Positions 7,659-16,618 of a stretch of 50,911 bases of DNA are shown in pieces (positions within the stretch are counted from its first letter, which is position 1; each line of letters begins with the position of its first letter). The stretch comes from Pseudomonadales bacterium. Its GTDB lineage: Bacteria; Patescibacteriota; Microgenomatia; UBA1400; PJMF01. The position numbers and the translations under genes were made by a program. The DNA is taken from assembly GCA_020632265.1 (NCBI GenBank), contig JACKFW010000001.1:284981-335891 (forward strand), given 5' to 3'. The notes below the pieces were generated by a model, which made no database searches, was not told the origin of the DNA, and was given only the letters and a program-made list of their open reading frames with translations.

Positions 7659-8450
7659 ATGAGACTAATAACATATTTTAAAGTTTGGAAAATTTTTGGC
7701 TTTAATGCATTACAAGAAACTTTAGTTAATCGAGGTTCTAACATACTTTTTATGATTGGTAAAACTCTAAGATTTTCTTTTGCTTTGTTGTTTCTATTTT
7801 TAATTAGATCATCGGTCAATAGTTTTGCTGGATATAACTCCGATCAAATTGTTGTTTTTTTTCTAACATATCAATTTATAGATTTAGTGAGCCAAATTTT
7901 CTATCGAGGAGTTTATTTGTTTAGTAATATGGTTAGAACCGGAGAATTTGACTTTCTACTTATTAAACCAATAAACCCATTATTCAGAGCTCTTACGGGA
8001 AAACCAGATATTAATGATGCAATCTTTTTAATTCCATCTCTACTAGTCAGTATCTATATATTTTCAAGATTAAATATTGCTATTTCTCTGGAATCATTTA
8101 TTTGGTATTTATTATTATTAATAAACAGTTTTCTGATAGTCACCGCAATTCATATTTTGGTATTAATTGTAGGAATACTAACAACCGAAGTGGATGGAAT
8201 AATTTGGATATATAGAGACTTAAATTATATGGGACGATTTCCTGCAACTATTTATATGGAGCCTCTCAGGTTCGTACTCTTTTTCATCATTCCAATTGGA
8301 ATGATGATTACCATTCCAACCGAGGTTTTATTGGGTTTAAAGCCCTCATACAGCATTCTTATTGCCTCATTGATTGGATTAGGCTCATTTTTTATCAGTT
8401 TGAAACTTTGGGACCTTTCACTAAAAAAATATTCTAGCGCAAGTAGCTAG
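7659..8450 (+). CDS. ABC-2 family permease (COG3694-like, second copy)
   Basis: FAGYNSDQ, VRTGEFDFLLIKPINPL, GRFPATIY and C-terminal KYSSASS. Probable start is ATG 7659, just after the upstream TGA. Confidence 0.85.
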   Translation: MRLITYFKVWKIFGFNALQETLVNRGSNILFMIGKTLRFSFALLFLFLIRSSVNSFAGYNSDQIVVFFLTYQFIDLVSQIFYRGVYLFSNMVRTGEFDFLLIKPINPLFRALTGKPDINDAIFLIPSLLVSIYIFSRLNIAISLESFIWYLLLLINSFLIVTAIHILVLIVGILTTEVDGIIWIYRDLNYMGRFPATIYMEPLRFVLFFIIPIGMMITIPTEVLLGLKPSYSILIASLIGLGSFFISLKLWDLSLKKYSSASS

Positions 8451-8464
8451 ATTTAAATATAATT

Positions 8465-8980
8465 TTAACGTTTTGGAGATTGTCTTTTTCTTCTTGCCTT
8501 ACCACCCATACCAATTTTTCTAGTTTCTTTCATTCTATCGTCTCTGGACATTAGACCTTCAGTTTTTAACAAGGTTTTGTAGGCTGGATCAAATTTAACT
8601 AAGGCTCGAGAAATTCCGTGAACCATTGCATCTAATTGTGCAGATTTGCCAGAACCAGAAACCTTTACTAATACTGAAAATTTTCCTTTAGTTCCAGTTA
8701 ATTCAAAAGGGTTGTTATATCTTAATGCAGCATCACTAATTGAATCAAAATATTTTCCTACTACCTTATCATTAACAATAAAATCACCAGTTGCCTCAAA
8801 TAATCTCACTCTTGCAGTAGCTACTTTTCTTCTTCCAACAGCTTCGTAATACTTTCCAGTTGGAATAGTTAAATCAGACAATGATTCTTCTTCCACTCGT
8901 GGAACAATCCTTTTTGCTAATCTAGATTTTTTAATAACTTTTTTAATAGTGTTTTTCTTTTTGCTTAATTTTAATGCCAT
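8465..8980 (-). CDS. rpsI: 30S ribosomal protein S9 (Lys-rich N-terminal extension)
   Basis: YYEAVGRRKVATARVRL, VSGSGKSAQLDA, KARRKRQSPKR. Confidence 0.97.
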   Translation of the reverse strand: MALKLSKKKNTIKKVIKKSRLAKRIVPRVEEESLSDLTIPTGKYYEAVGRRKVATARVRLFEATGDFIVNDKVVGKYFDSISDAALRYNNPFELTGTKGKFSVLVKVSGSGKSAQLDAMVHGISRALVKFDPAYKTLLKTEGLMSRDDRMKETRKIGMGGKARRKRQSPKR

Positions 8981-8986
8981 ATCTGA

Positions 8987-9421
8987 TTATGCTCCTAATT
9001 GACTTTGATGTTTATGATCTGAACCTGCGTAAACTTTCAAACGAGCCATTCTTGGATCTTGAAGTTTATTTTTTGGCAACATATTTTTTACTGCTTTTTC
9101 AATAATTCTTTCCGGAAATTGAACTCTTAAGTCAGATAAACTTCTCTTTTTAAAACCACCTGGAAAACCTGAGTGTCTATAATACATCTTGGTATCTTCT
9201 TTATTGCCAGTAACACTGACTTCTGAAGCGTTTATTACAACTACAAAATCTCCAGCATCAATATGAGGCGTGTATTCCTTTTTATTTTTACCAATTAACT
9301 TCGTAGCAATATCAGTTGCTATTCTACCAAGCACTTTACCTTTCGCATCAACAATATGCCATTTTCTTTCAATTTCGCTGGTTTTTTGCGAATAAGTTTT
9401 TTGTGAATAAGTTTTTTGCAT
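8987..9421 (-). CDS. rplM: 50S ribosomal protein L13
   Basis: WHIVDAKGKVLGRIAT, YTPHIDAGDFVVVINA, YYRHSGFPGG. Confidence 0.98.
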   Translation of the reverse strand: MQKTYSQKTYSQKTSEIERKWHIVDAKGKVLGRIATDIATKLIGKNKKEYTPHIDAGDFVVVINASEVSVTGNKEDTKMYYRHSGFPGGFKKRSLSDLRVQFPERIIEKAVKNMLPKNKLQDPRMARLKVYAGSDHKHQSQLGA

Positions 9422-9441
9422 TTTTTATCTTGACCTCTGGA

Positions 9442-9975
9442 TTACTTTTTCTCTTTCTTAGGCTTTGTTTTTGAAACAGTTTCTTTAACTAGCACTGATT
9501 TCTTGACAACTGCTTTCTTTGGAGCAACCTTTTTCGTCACAACTTTCTTTGAAGAAACTTTTTTGTTTTCAACCGGCTTAATAGTAGATTCGGCATTTTT
9601 AAGCGAATGCATTCTAACCGGCATTTTAACTAAAGAAAGTTTTGACAACTTTGTATTATCTCCTCTTCTTAAACCAACATCTTCTATTGAAGTAAAACCA
9701 GAGTTTCTATCTGAGAACTCAGGTGCAATTCTATCAACTAATGTATTTACCACATCTCTTCTTCCAAAAAATCTATGCAAAAGCCTTCTTGTTGCGACTG
9801 AATCAACTTTAGCTTTTGAAATAATTTTGTCAGAAATACGTTTAATTTCTTTTGCTTTACTTTCGGTGGTCACAATAAAACCATGCTCTACAAGAGAACG
9901 CACTAGATTTTTAAACAATGCTTTTCTGGCATTACTGTCTCTATTAAAATGTTTGGCTTTTATTCTATGTCTCAT
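9442..9975 (-). CDS. rplQ: 50S ribosomal protein L17 (Lys-rich C-terminal extension)
   Basis: MRHRIK, ALFKNLVRSL, ITTESKAKE-like segment, RNSGFTSI, RRGDN. Confidence 0.97.
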   Translation of the reverse strand: MRHRIKAKHFNRDSNARKALFKNLVRSLVEHGFIVTTESKAKEIKRISDKIISKAKVDSVATRRLLHRFFGRRDVVNTLVDRIAPEFSDRNSGFTSIEDVGLRRGDNTKLSKLSLVKMPVRMHSLKNAESTIKPVENKKVSSKKVVTKKVAPKKAVVKKSVLVKETVSKTKPKKEKK

Positions 9976-9976
9976 C

Positions 9977-10921
9977 TTACTCTCCTAAACTTACGCCCTT
10001 TTTCTGTAATGCAGCATCAATTAATACAACACTTTTGCCACCTAAATTTTTAACTTTAGAAACAATTTCTTTTGGTGCACCGGTTAAATCTCCAACAGTC
10101 TTAAAACCACCTTTTCGAAGTGCATTAGCAATTCTCGTAGGTAAATCTAGCTCTTCAACTGTTAATCTTAAAGTTTCAGCTTCCTCTGGAGATAAACTCA
10201 CTTCAAGCTCTACAACTTCAGGTATGATTGGGTTAAATATTTGCGTAAACTGTTTTGATAAAATCTGTGCTGATAAATTAACTGCATCCATTGGAGAAAT
10301 AGATCCATCTGTTTGTACATCCATAATTAATCTATCAAAATCAATTCTTCTTCCAACACGAGTTTGTTCAACTCTGTATGAAACTTTAATAACAGGTGTA
10401 AATAAAGCATCTAAAACAATATCACCAATAGAATCGGCTGTTTTTTCATCAGCTATTACGTAGCCAACTCCAGACTCAACACGCATTTCAACTTCAAGAG
10501 TCTTTCCTTTTGCAATAGTTGCAATCACTGCGTCTTTGTTGATTATTTCAAAACCTGCTTCACATTCAATATCTGCAGCTGTAACAATTTTTGGACCTTT
10601 CACAGCCAACTTCAAAATACCTGCTTCATGAGTTGTAGCAAAAACTTTAACTTGTTTAATGTTTAGTGCCATTTCCAAAATATCTTCTTTCAAACCTTCA
10701 ATTGTTGAAAATTGATGGTCAGCTCCAGCAATTCTAATTTGAGTAATTGCTGTACCTGGAAGCGAACTCAAAAGCACTCTTCTTAGAGCATTCCCTAGTG
10801 TATGACCATAACCATTCTCTAAAGGCTCAATTATTATAGTTGCGAATGTCGAACTAGCATGTTTCTCTTCAACTTGAAAGTTGGGATTCATACTGGTGAT
10901 CAAATTTATATTTTGATTCAT
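9977..10921 (-). CDS. rpoA: RNA polymerase alpha subunit
   Basis: IEPLENGYGHTLGNALRRVLLSSLPG, VEQTRVGRRIDFDRL, alpha-CTD VEELDLPTRIANALRKGG. Confidence 0.98.
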   Translation of the reverse strand: MNQNINLITSMNPNFQVEEKHASSTFATIIIEPLENGYGHTLGNALRRVLLSSLPGTAITQIRIAGADHQFSTIEGLKEDILEMALNIKQVKVFATTHEAGILKLAVKGPKIVTAADIECEAGFEIINKDAVIATIAKGKTLEVEMRVESGVGYVIADEKTADSIGDIVLDALFTPVIKVSYRVEQTRVGRRIDFDRLIMDVQTDGSISPMDAVNLSAQILSKQFTQIFNPIIPEVVELEVSLSPEEAETLRLTVEELDLPTRIANALRKGGFKTVGDLTGAPKEIVSKVKNLGGKSVVLIDAALQKKGVSLGE

Positions 10922-10992
10922 ATTTATTTTCCTTTGTTTCTCCTCCCTTAGATTTTTAATCTAAAGAATCTGTTTCTAGATTTGTACTTTTA

Positions 10993-11008
10993 TACACCCG
11001 AAGGCGTA
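10993..11008 (-). other. cUUCGg tetraloop hairpin in the rpsD-rpoA spacer
   Basis: mRNA sense UACGCC-UUCG-GGUGUA: 6-bp stem with one G-U pair and a C-G closing pair. Confidence 0.55.
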
Positions 11009-11024
11009 CATTAATTAATATTAA

Positions 11025-11630
11025 TTATCTACTGTAATACTCAACTATCAATTGTTCTTCAATCACTTCTGAAATATCAGTTCTCTCTGGAAGTCTTGAT
11101 ACTTTTGCAATTGTTCCTTTTTGTTCCAACCAACCTGACTCTGTTGAATTTTCTTTAATTGCTTGTGAAACCAAGGGTACTTTTGAACCCTTGCTTGTGA
11201 GTGAAATCACATCATTAACTTTCACACTATATGAAGGTACATCCATTTTTTTACCATTTATTCTGACATGAGCGTGTGAAACAAATTGTCTTGCTGCAGC
11301 TCTAGTTCCAGTCCAACCCAATCTATAAATTACATTATCCAAGCGTCGTTCCAATAAACTCAATAAAGCAGAACCAGTAGCAGTTGGATTTTTACTAGCT
11401 TCGATATACAACTTTCTCAATTGTTTTTCTAAAATACCATATAAATATTTAATTTTTTGCTTTTCCATTAATTGAACTCCGTAATCAGAGGTCTTTCTTT
11501 TTGATTTTGCACCATGCTGTCCAGGTTTAATAGTCAAACGTCTTGCAACTTTAAGTGCATTAGTTTTTAAACCTAGATCTTCACCGATTTTTCTTGCTAG
11601 TTTATTTTTTGGTCCAGTATATCTTGCCAT
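11025..11630 (-). CDS. rpsD: 30S ribosomal protein S4
   Basis: MARYTGPK, SDYGVQLMEKQK, LERRLDNVIYRLG, IEEQLIVEYYSR. Confidence 0.98.
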   Translation of the reverse strand: MARYTGPKNKLARKIGEDLGLKTNALKVARRLTIKPGQHGAKSKRKTSDYGVQLMEKQKIKYLYGILEKQLRKLYIEASKNPTATGSALLSLLERRLDNVIYRLGWTGTRAAARQFVSHAHVRINGKKMDVPSYSVKVNDVISLTSKGSKVPLVSQAIKENSTESGWLEQKGTIAKVSRLPERTDISEVIEEQLIVEYYSR

Positions 11631-11669
11631 ATTTTTTTATTAATACCAATTCAGGTATATTATTGTTAA

Positions 11670-12068
11670 TTATTTATTATGCTTTGCTTTTCTTGGTCTT
11701 GTTCCATTATGAGGATCAGGAGTCATATCTGCAATCATGTTGACTCTTATGCCTTGGGCTCTAAGAACTCTCAAAGTCACATCTCTTCCTGGACCAGGTC
11801 CTTTTATAAATATATCCATTGTATTCATTCCAAATGACTTTGCCTTATTCACAGCATTTTCTACTGTGATAGTAGCTGCGTATGGTGTTGATTTTCTAGA
11901 CCCTGAAAAACCTGCTTCACCAGCTGAAGACCAACAAATCACATTCCCATTTTCATCAGTAATACTTACTAGAGTACTGTTAAAAGTAGCGGTCACATAC
12001 ATTCTACCTTTAGCAACTGCTTTTGTTACTTTTTTTGGTTGTTTTGTATTTTTTCTTACTTGAGCCAT
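11670..12068 (-). CDS. rpsK: 30S ribosomal protein S11
   Basis: ATFNSTLVSITD, GFSGSRKSTPYAA, KGPGPGRD, PHNGTRP. Confidence 0.98.
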   Translation of the reverse strand: MAQVRKNTKQPKKVTKAVAKGRMYVTATFNSTLVSITDENGNVICWSSAGEAGFSGSRKSTPYAATITVENAVNKAKSFGMNTMDIFIKGPGPGRDVTLRVLRAQGIRVNMIADMTPDPHNGTRPRKAKHNK

Positions 12069-12105
12069 GATATTTTACCTATACCTCTTAAAGGATATCT
12101 CCTAA

Positions 12106-12516
12106 TTAATTTTTCTTTTTAGCTGCTTCTAATTTGGTTGCCATTTCTTTAGACATTGCTCCAACAGTCTTTCTCTTTGAACCGCCTCTAGCGTTTCTGG
12201 AATTTGTACGAGTTCTCTGACCTCTTGCTGGTAATTTTGCAATATGCCTTAAACCTCTATAACTTCTAATACGTTTTAAACGATCGATATTATCACTAAC
12301 ATGTCTTCTTAAGTCACCTTCTAATTCGAAACGATCTAAGATTCTTTGAATTTTATTAATTTCATCATTTGTTAAATCTTTTGCTCTTTTTTCAGGATCA
12401 ACTTGAGACTCTCTTAAAACAATTTCCGCAACATCAGGACCTACTCCATAAATTGATTGAATAGAAAAATAAATCTTTTTGTTTTCAGGTATATCAATAC
12501 CAATAATACGAGGCAT
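12106..12516 (-). CDS. rpsM: 30S ribosomal protein S13
   Basis: MPRIIGIDIP, IYGVG, YRGLRH..LPARGQRTRTNSR. Confidence 0.98.
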   Translation of the reverse strand: MPRIIGIDIPENKKIYFSIQSIYGVGPDVAEIVLRESQVDPEKRAKDLTNDEINKIQRILDRFELEGDLRRHVSDNIDRLKRIRSYRGLRHIAKLPARGQRTRTNSRNARGGSKRKTVGAMSKEMATKLEAAKKKN

Positions 12517-12522
12517 ATTTTA

Positions 12523-12636
12523 TTATCCTTGCTTTCCTTTGTGTTTTGGTTCTGTACAAATTCGTCTCAAAACTCCCTTGCGCTTTACAAGTTTGCAATG
12601 AATACAAATTATTTTTAAAGATGACTTTACTTTCAT
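12523..12636 (-). CDS. rpmJ: 50S ribosomal protein L36 (missed by the ORF track)
   Basis: Hand translation gives [37 protein letters not shown] (37 aa) with a CxxC...C....H zinc ribbon; canonical position between infA and rpsM. Confidence 0.95.
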   Translation of the reverse strand: MKVKSSLKIICIHCKLVKRKGVLRRICTEPKHKGKQG

Positions 12637-12706
12637 TTTTTTCTCTTAATTATTTTCGACAGGGTTGAACTATACATCAATTTATCAAAATTGAAAAGAA
12701 TTAGTT

Positions 12707-13030
12707 TTACTGCGTATCCTTTTTGGTTGATCTATAGGTAATTTTACATTTTTTGAGGTCATATTTTGATACATATCCCTTGACCAAATCGCCCGGCATA
12801 ACTCTAATTCTATACAATCTCATTTTTCCAACTAAGGTTCCCAACAAAACTTTATCTATCATTGGAGTCACATCTGAGCCAGTTACCAACACTCTAAACA
12901 TTGTGTTTGGTAGACAACTTTCAACCACACCTTCGATTTCAAATCTATCTAAGCGCTCAGATTTTTTATCTGTAGTATCTTCTTGTCTTCTAGCTTTAGC
13001 TGCTCTTTTGTGATCTTGAACTTTACCCAT
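12707..13030 (-). CDS. infA: Translation initiation factor IF-1, divergent and N-terminally extended
   Basis: IEGVVESCLPNTMFRV, GKMRLYRIRVMPGDLV, YDLKKCKITYR; located between map and rpmJ. Confidence 0.9.
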   Translation of the reverse strand: MGKVQDHKRAAKARRQEDTTDKKSERLDRFEIEGVVESCLPNTMFRVLVTGSDVTPMIDKVLLGTLVGKMRLYRIRVMPGDLVKGYVSKYDLKKCKITYRSTKKDTQ

Positions 13031-13106
13031 AAAAATACTTGACTAACATTTTTTTACTTAAATACTTAATACGAAAATCATTTATAAAATGTAGTCAGAA
13101 CCTAGT

Positions 13107-13135
13107 ATTATACCAGATGAAAGCTATTTTGTCAG
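13107..13135 (-). promoter_or_regulatory. Putative promoter for the infA/alpha cluster, overlapping the map 3' end
   Basis: Minus strand: CTGACA, 17 nt, TATAAT with TG extension (TGGTATAAT). Confidence 0.6.
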
Positions 13136-13867
13136 TATTTCCGGTCCATTTTGAGTTATAAGCACTGTTTCCTCAAACATTCCTGAAATTGAACCATCTA
13201 TTGTCTTATATGTCCATCCATCTGAAGACTCTTCTAAAACAGGACTGCCCATAGTATACATATTCTCAATTGCGATTGTCTGTCCTTCATGTAACTTAAC
13301 ATTTTGATCAGATTTATTTGCTACACAGGGGATTGCTGGATTCATATGTAGTTCTTCACCCACTCCATGACCAGTAAGTTGGAAAACCACCCCATAGCCA
13401 CTTCTAGCGAGTGGTTTTTCCATTGCTCTACTAATATCATAGACTGAGTTGCCGATTCTTGCTTTTTCAATTGCATTCTTAAGTGATTTTTTGCCAACAT
13501 TAAGAAAATCCATGATTTTTTGATCAACATTGCCTACCGCAAAAGTTATTGTTGTATCCAAATGATAATTATTATTTATGAGTCCAACATCAATAGTAAT
13601 AACATCACCATCATTAATTTTTTTATTTTTTGGAACACCATGACAAACTTCATCATTTTTCATAATACAAGTGGCCCAATGATATCCGGGCACAGTCGAA
13701 AAACTTGGAGTTCTTCCTGACTTTTTAATCAATTTTTGCGCCTCTGCTTCAATCGCTTCAAAAGTTGTACCCAAAACTGAAAATTCAACAAGTTGTTTTT
13801 TAATGATTCCAAGGATTTTTCCACCTTCTCTCATAGAATCAATTTTATAATTTAAGTTTTTACTCAT
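13124..13867 (-). CDS. map: Methionine aminopeptidase type I
   Basis: VCHGVP, IDVG..HLDTT, LTGHGVG..LH, IAIENM, FEETV; the D, D, H, E, E metal ligands are present. Confidence 0.95.
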   Translation of the reverse strand: MSKNLNYKIDSMREGGKILGIIKKQLVEFSVLGTTFEAIEAEAQKLIKKSGRTPSFSTVPGYHWATCIMKNDEVCHGVPKNKKINDGDVITIDVGLINNNYHLDTTITFAVGNVDQKIMDFLNVGKKSLKNAIEKARIGNSVYDISRAMEKPLARSGYGVVFQLTGHGVGEELHMNPAIPCVANKSDQNVKLHEGQTIAIENMYTMGSPVLEESSDGWTYKTIDGSISGMFEETVLITQNGPEILTK

Positions 13868-13874
13868 AAAATGT

Positions 13875-13883
13875 ATTCTACCA
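13875..13883 (-). promoter_or_regulatory. Putative extended -10 promoter of map
   Basis: TGGTAGAAT ending 7 nt before the map ATG. Confidence 0.45.
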
Positions 13884-13991
13884 GAAAGAATGGTGGTTTA
13901 AGACATAGAGATTAGTAGTTTAAGGCTTATTAAGAGATTATAATATAATATGATATAATATGTGAGTTATAAATTACAACAATGAACTAAT

Positions 13992-14228
13992 ATGCCTAGA
14001 AGAAAAAAAGAAGCTGATACCGATGATCTTTTTAAAGAAAAAGTACGTATAAATATGAAAAAAGGTTCTGAAAGAACATATCAACAATTAAATCATATAA
14101 TTAAATTAGAACTTGACCATGACACAGTGGATCTAATTGAAGCTACTCTGAACACTGGAATTAATCCTAATTCAATTCTACGTGAAATAAATAGTGCTCT
14201 ACAAAATGATATAATAATAGACAACTAA
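13992..14228 (+). CDS. Hypothetical 78-aa protein, opposite orientation, between map and adk
   Basis: The ORF fills the adk-map gap and has an upstream TGATATAAT (13951-13959). No family recognised. Confidence 0.6.
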   Translation: MPRRKKEADTDDLFKEKVRINMKKGSERTYQQLNHIIKLELDHDTVDLIEATLNTGINPNSILREINSALQNDIIIDN

Positions 14229-14265
14229 TAAAATTTGAAGACAGGCAACAAATTAATACCACAAA

Positions 14266-14814
14266 TTAGTAATTCTTAGACTTCTCCAGCGCCCCAACAA
14301 TTTCTTTAAAAACTTCTGTTATATTCAGCTCACCATTTACAGTAATCAATTTGCCCTCCTGAGCATAAAAGTCAATCACGGGTTGAGTAAGAGAGTGAAA
14401 AAGAGCAATTCTTTTTTTAATAGCTTGAAGAGTTTCATCTTGTCTTTCGCCTTCTCTACCAGCAATTCTCCAAAGAGCCTCTTTATCAGAAACTTCTAAA
14501 AAAATTACTTTGTCTACACCACCATTAAATGCATCTGCTTGAACAACTGTTCTTGGAAAACCATCGAGAATGTAACCCTTTGCATATTCTGGTTTCTCCA
14601 AATAAGTTAAAATTATCTCTAGAGTTTTATCATCCGGAACTAAAGCTCCTGAATTGATAGTTTCTTTCAACCATCTACCCATTTGAGTTTTTTCTTTAGC
14701 CATCTCTCTGAAGATATGTCCTGATGATAGATATGGAATTTTATATTTTTCAGCTAAAAAACCACCCTGAGTAGATTTTCCAGCACCTTGAATACCTATT
14801 AAAACTAATTTCAT
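14266..14814 (-). CDS. adk: Adenylate kinase, short-LID type
   Basis: GIQGAGKSTQ, LSSGHIFRE, GALVPD, GYILDGFPRTVVQA; no long LID segment. Confidence 0.97.
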   Translation of the reverse strand: MKLVLIGIQGAGKSTQGGFLAEKYKIPYLSSGHIFREMAKEKTQMGRWLKETINSGALVPDDKTLEIILTYLEKPEYAKGYILDGFPRTVVQADAFNGGVDKVIFLEVSDKEALWRIAGREGERQDETLQAIKKRIALFHSLTQPVIDFYAQEGKLITVNGELNITEVFKEIVGALEKSKNY

Positions 14815-14861
14815 TTTTCCCTTCCAGGATTAATTAATTATTATTTTGCATACAAAACACA

Positions 14862-16148
14862 TTATATAAACCTATCGTAATTTTGTTCCACTAACATACT
14901 TTCAACTTGTTTATAAGTTTCAAGAATAACTGATACCACAATTAAAATACTTGTTCCACTAACTGATAATTGACCTATTCCAGTAAATAATTGTGCGATG
15001 GACGGCATAATAGCTATGAAACCTAAGAAAAATGCGCCGGCGATGGTAATCCTCGAAACTACATATTCTAAGAATTTTTTAGTTGCGCTTCCAGGCCTAA
15101 TCCCGGGTACAAAGGCACCGCTCTTTTTTAATTCATCTGATATGTCTCCAGCATTGAAAAAAATCATCGATGAAAAAAAGGTAAAAAAGAATACAATAAT
15201 AAAATATACTACCATATAAACAGTCGAGGTTTGTTGAAAATGAATTGTTAAGAAGTTGCCTATCTCAATAAATTTAGGGTTATTTGAAGCAATTAATAAC
15301 CTTGATAAAAATGAAGGAATTAGCATTATTGAAACAGCAAAGATAATTGGCATAACACCCGCAACATTTACTTTAACCGGAAGGTGAGTTGTCTGTCCTC
15401 CGTACGACCTTTTTCCCCTAGTTCTTTTCGCATACTGAATAGTAATTTTTCTGACTGCTTCATTCATAAAAACAATTAGACCAATTATTGCAAAAAACAC
15501 TGCAAAAAAAGACACAGCAACAAAAAATCGATTAGTTCCAGAAAGTAGAACTTCAGCAAGTGATCTTGGCAACTGACTCATAATTCCTGCAAAAAGAATC
15601 ATGGAAATTCCGTTGCCAATTCCATGCAATGAAATCAGCTCACCTAGCCAGGTCACAATTAAAGAACCAGCAACTAATGTAAGAATCATTGCCATAAATG
15701 AAAGTGGTGAAGTTGACTGAAGTAAACCTTGAGAACGCAGTAAAGCCAGCACTGAAATACTTTGACCAACTGCAAGCGGAACTGAAAGATATCGAGTATA
15801 TTGATTCAATCTCTCTCTTCCTGATTCTCCATCTTTTTGCATTTCTTTAATTTTTGGAATTACCATGCCGCCAAGCTGCATCACGATTGAAGCTGTAATA
15901 TAAGGGTTAATTCCCACAGCAAGAACTGAAAAATTTGAGAGTGTTCCACCAGAAAAAACATTTAATAAACTTAAAAATTGATTGGAATCGAATAAAGTTC
16001 TTAATTGCAATAAGTTTACAGATGGAAGAGGAATATGAGCGAAAAATCTAAAAATAAATAGTATTGCTGCCGTAAATAAGAGTTTCTTTTTTAACTCTGG
16101 AGTTGAATTAACTCTTTTTAAAAAGGCAGTTAGTTTATTCATAAACAC
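14862..16148 (-). CDS. secY: Preprotein translocase SecY
   Basis: IFRFFAHIPLP, NVFSGG, LGINPYITAS-like motif, GIGNGIS, FVPGIRPG, GTSILIVV. Start is GTG 16148 or ATG 16142. Confidence 0.98.
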   Translation of the reverse strand: MFMNKLTAFLKRVNSTPELKKKLLFTAAILFIFRFFAHIPLPSVNLLQLRTLFDSNQFLSLLNVFSGGTLSNFSVLAVGINPYITASIVMQLGGMVIPKIKEMQKDGESGRERLNQYTRYLSVPLAVGQSISVLALLRSQGLLQSTSPLSFMAMILTLVAGSLIVTWLGELISLHGIGNGISMILFAGIMSQLPRSLAEVLLSGTNRFFVAVSFFAVFFAIIGLIVFMNEAVRKITIQYAKRTRGKRSYGGQTTHLPVKVNVAGVMPIIFAVSIMLIPSFLSRLLIASNNPKFIEIGNFLTIHFQQTSTVYMVVYFIIVFFFTFFSSMIFFNAGDISDELKKSGAFVPGIRPGSATKKFLEYVVSRITIAGAFFLGFIAIMPSIAQLFTGIGQLSVSGTSILIVVSVILETYKQVESMLVEQNYDRFI

Positions 16149-16173
16149 CCTTTGGGGTATATATTATTTATAG

Positions 16174-16614
16174 CTAATTTTCAATTGTACCACCGGCTTT
16201 TTCAATTGCTTTTTTAGCAGCCTGGGAAGTTCTCAAACCTTTAATGGTAACTTTTCTTGTAATTTCTCCTGAAGCAATGATTTTTGCTTTTTTAAATTTC
16301 TTCTCAATTAATTTCTCAAGTTTTAAAGCATCTAAAGTAATAACATCTGCTTTCATTGCTTGGATTTCGGATAAAGAAATTTCTGCTGTTGGTCTAACAA
16401 CGGATAACTTCCCTTTACCTCTGAGCATTGGTAAACGCTTGATTAACGGCAATTGTCCGCCTTCAAACCATAGTGGGATTTTAGCTCCGCCTCTGGACTT
16501 TTGTCCTTTTTGGCCAGCAGATGATGTATGTCCACCTTTTCCAGAACCATAACCACGTCCAACTCTTTTTTTGGATGAACTTTTAATTTTGGATAAAGTA
16601 TTTAATAGTGACAT
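16174..16614 (-). CDS. rplO: 50S ribosomal protein L15
   Basis: RVGRGYGSGKGGHTS, GQKGQKSRGG, FEGGQLPLIKRLP. Confidence 0.98.
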   Translation of the reverse strand: MSLLNTLSKIKSSSKKRVGRGYGSGKGGHTSSAGQKGQKSRGGAKIPLWFEGGQLPLIKRLPMLRGKGKLSVVRPTAEISLSEIQAMKADVITLDALKLEKLIEKKFKKAKIIASGEITRKVTIKGLRTSQAAKKAIEKAGGTIEN

Positions 16615-16618
16615 TATA

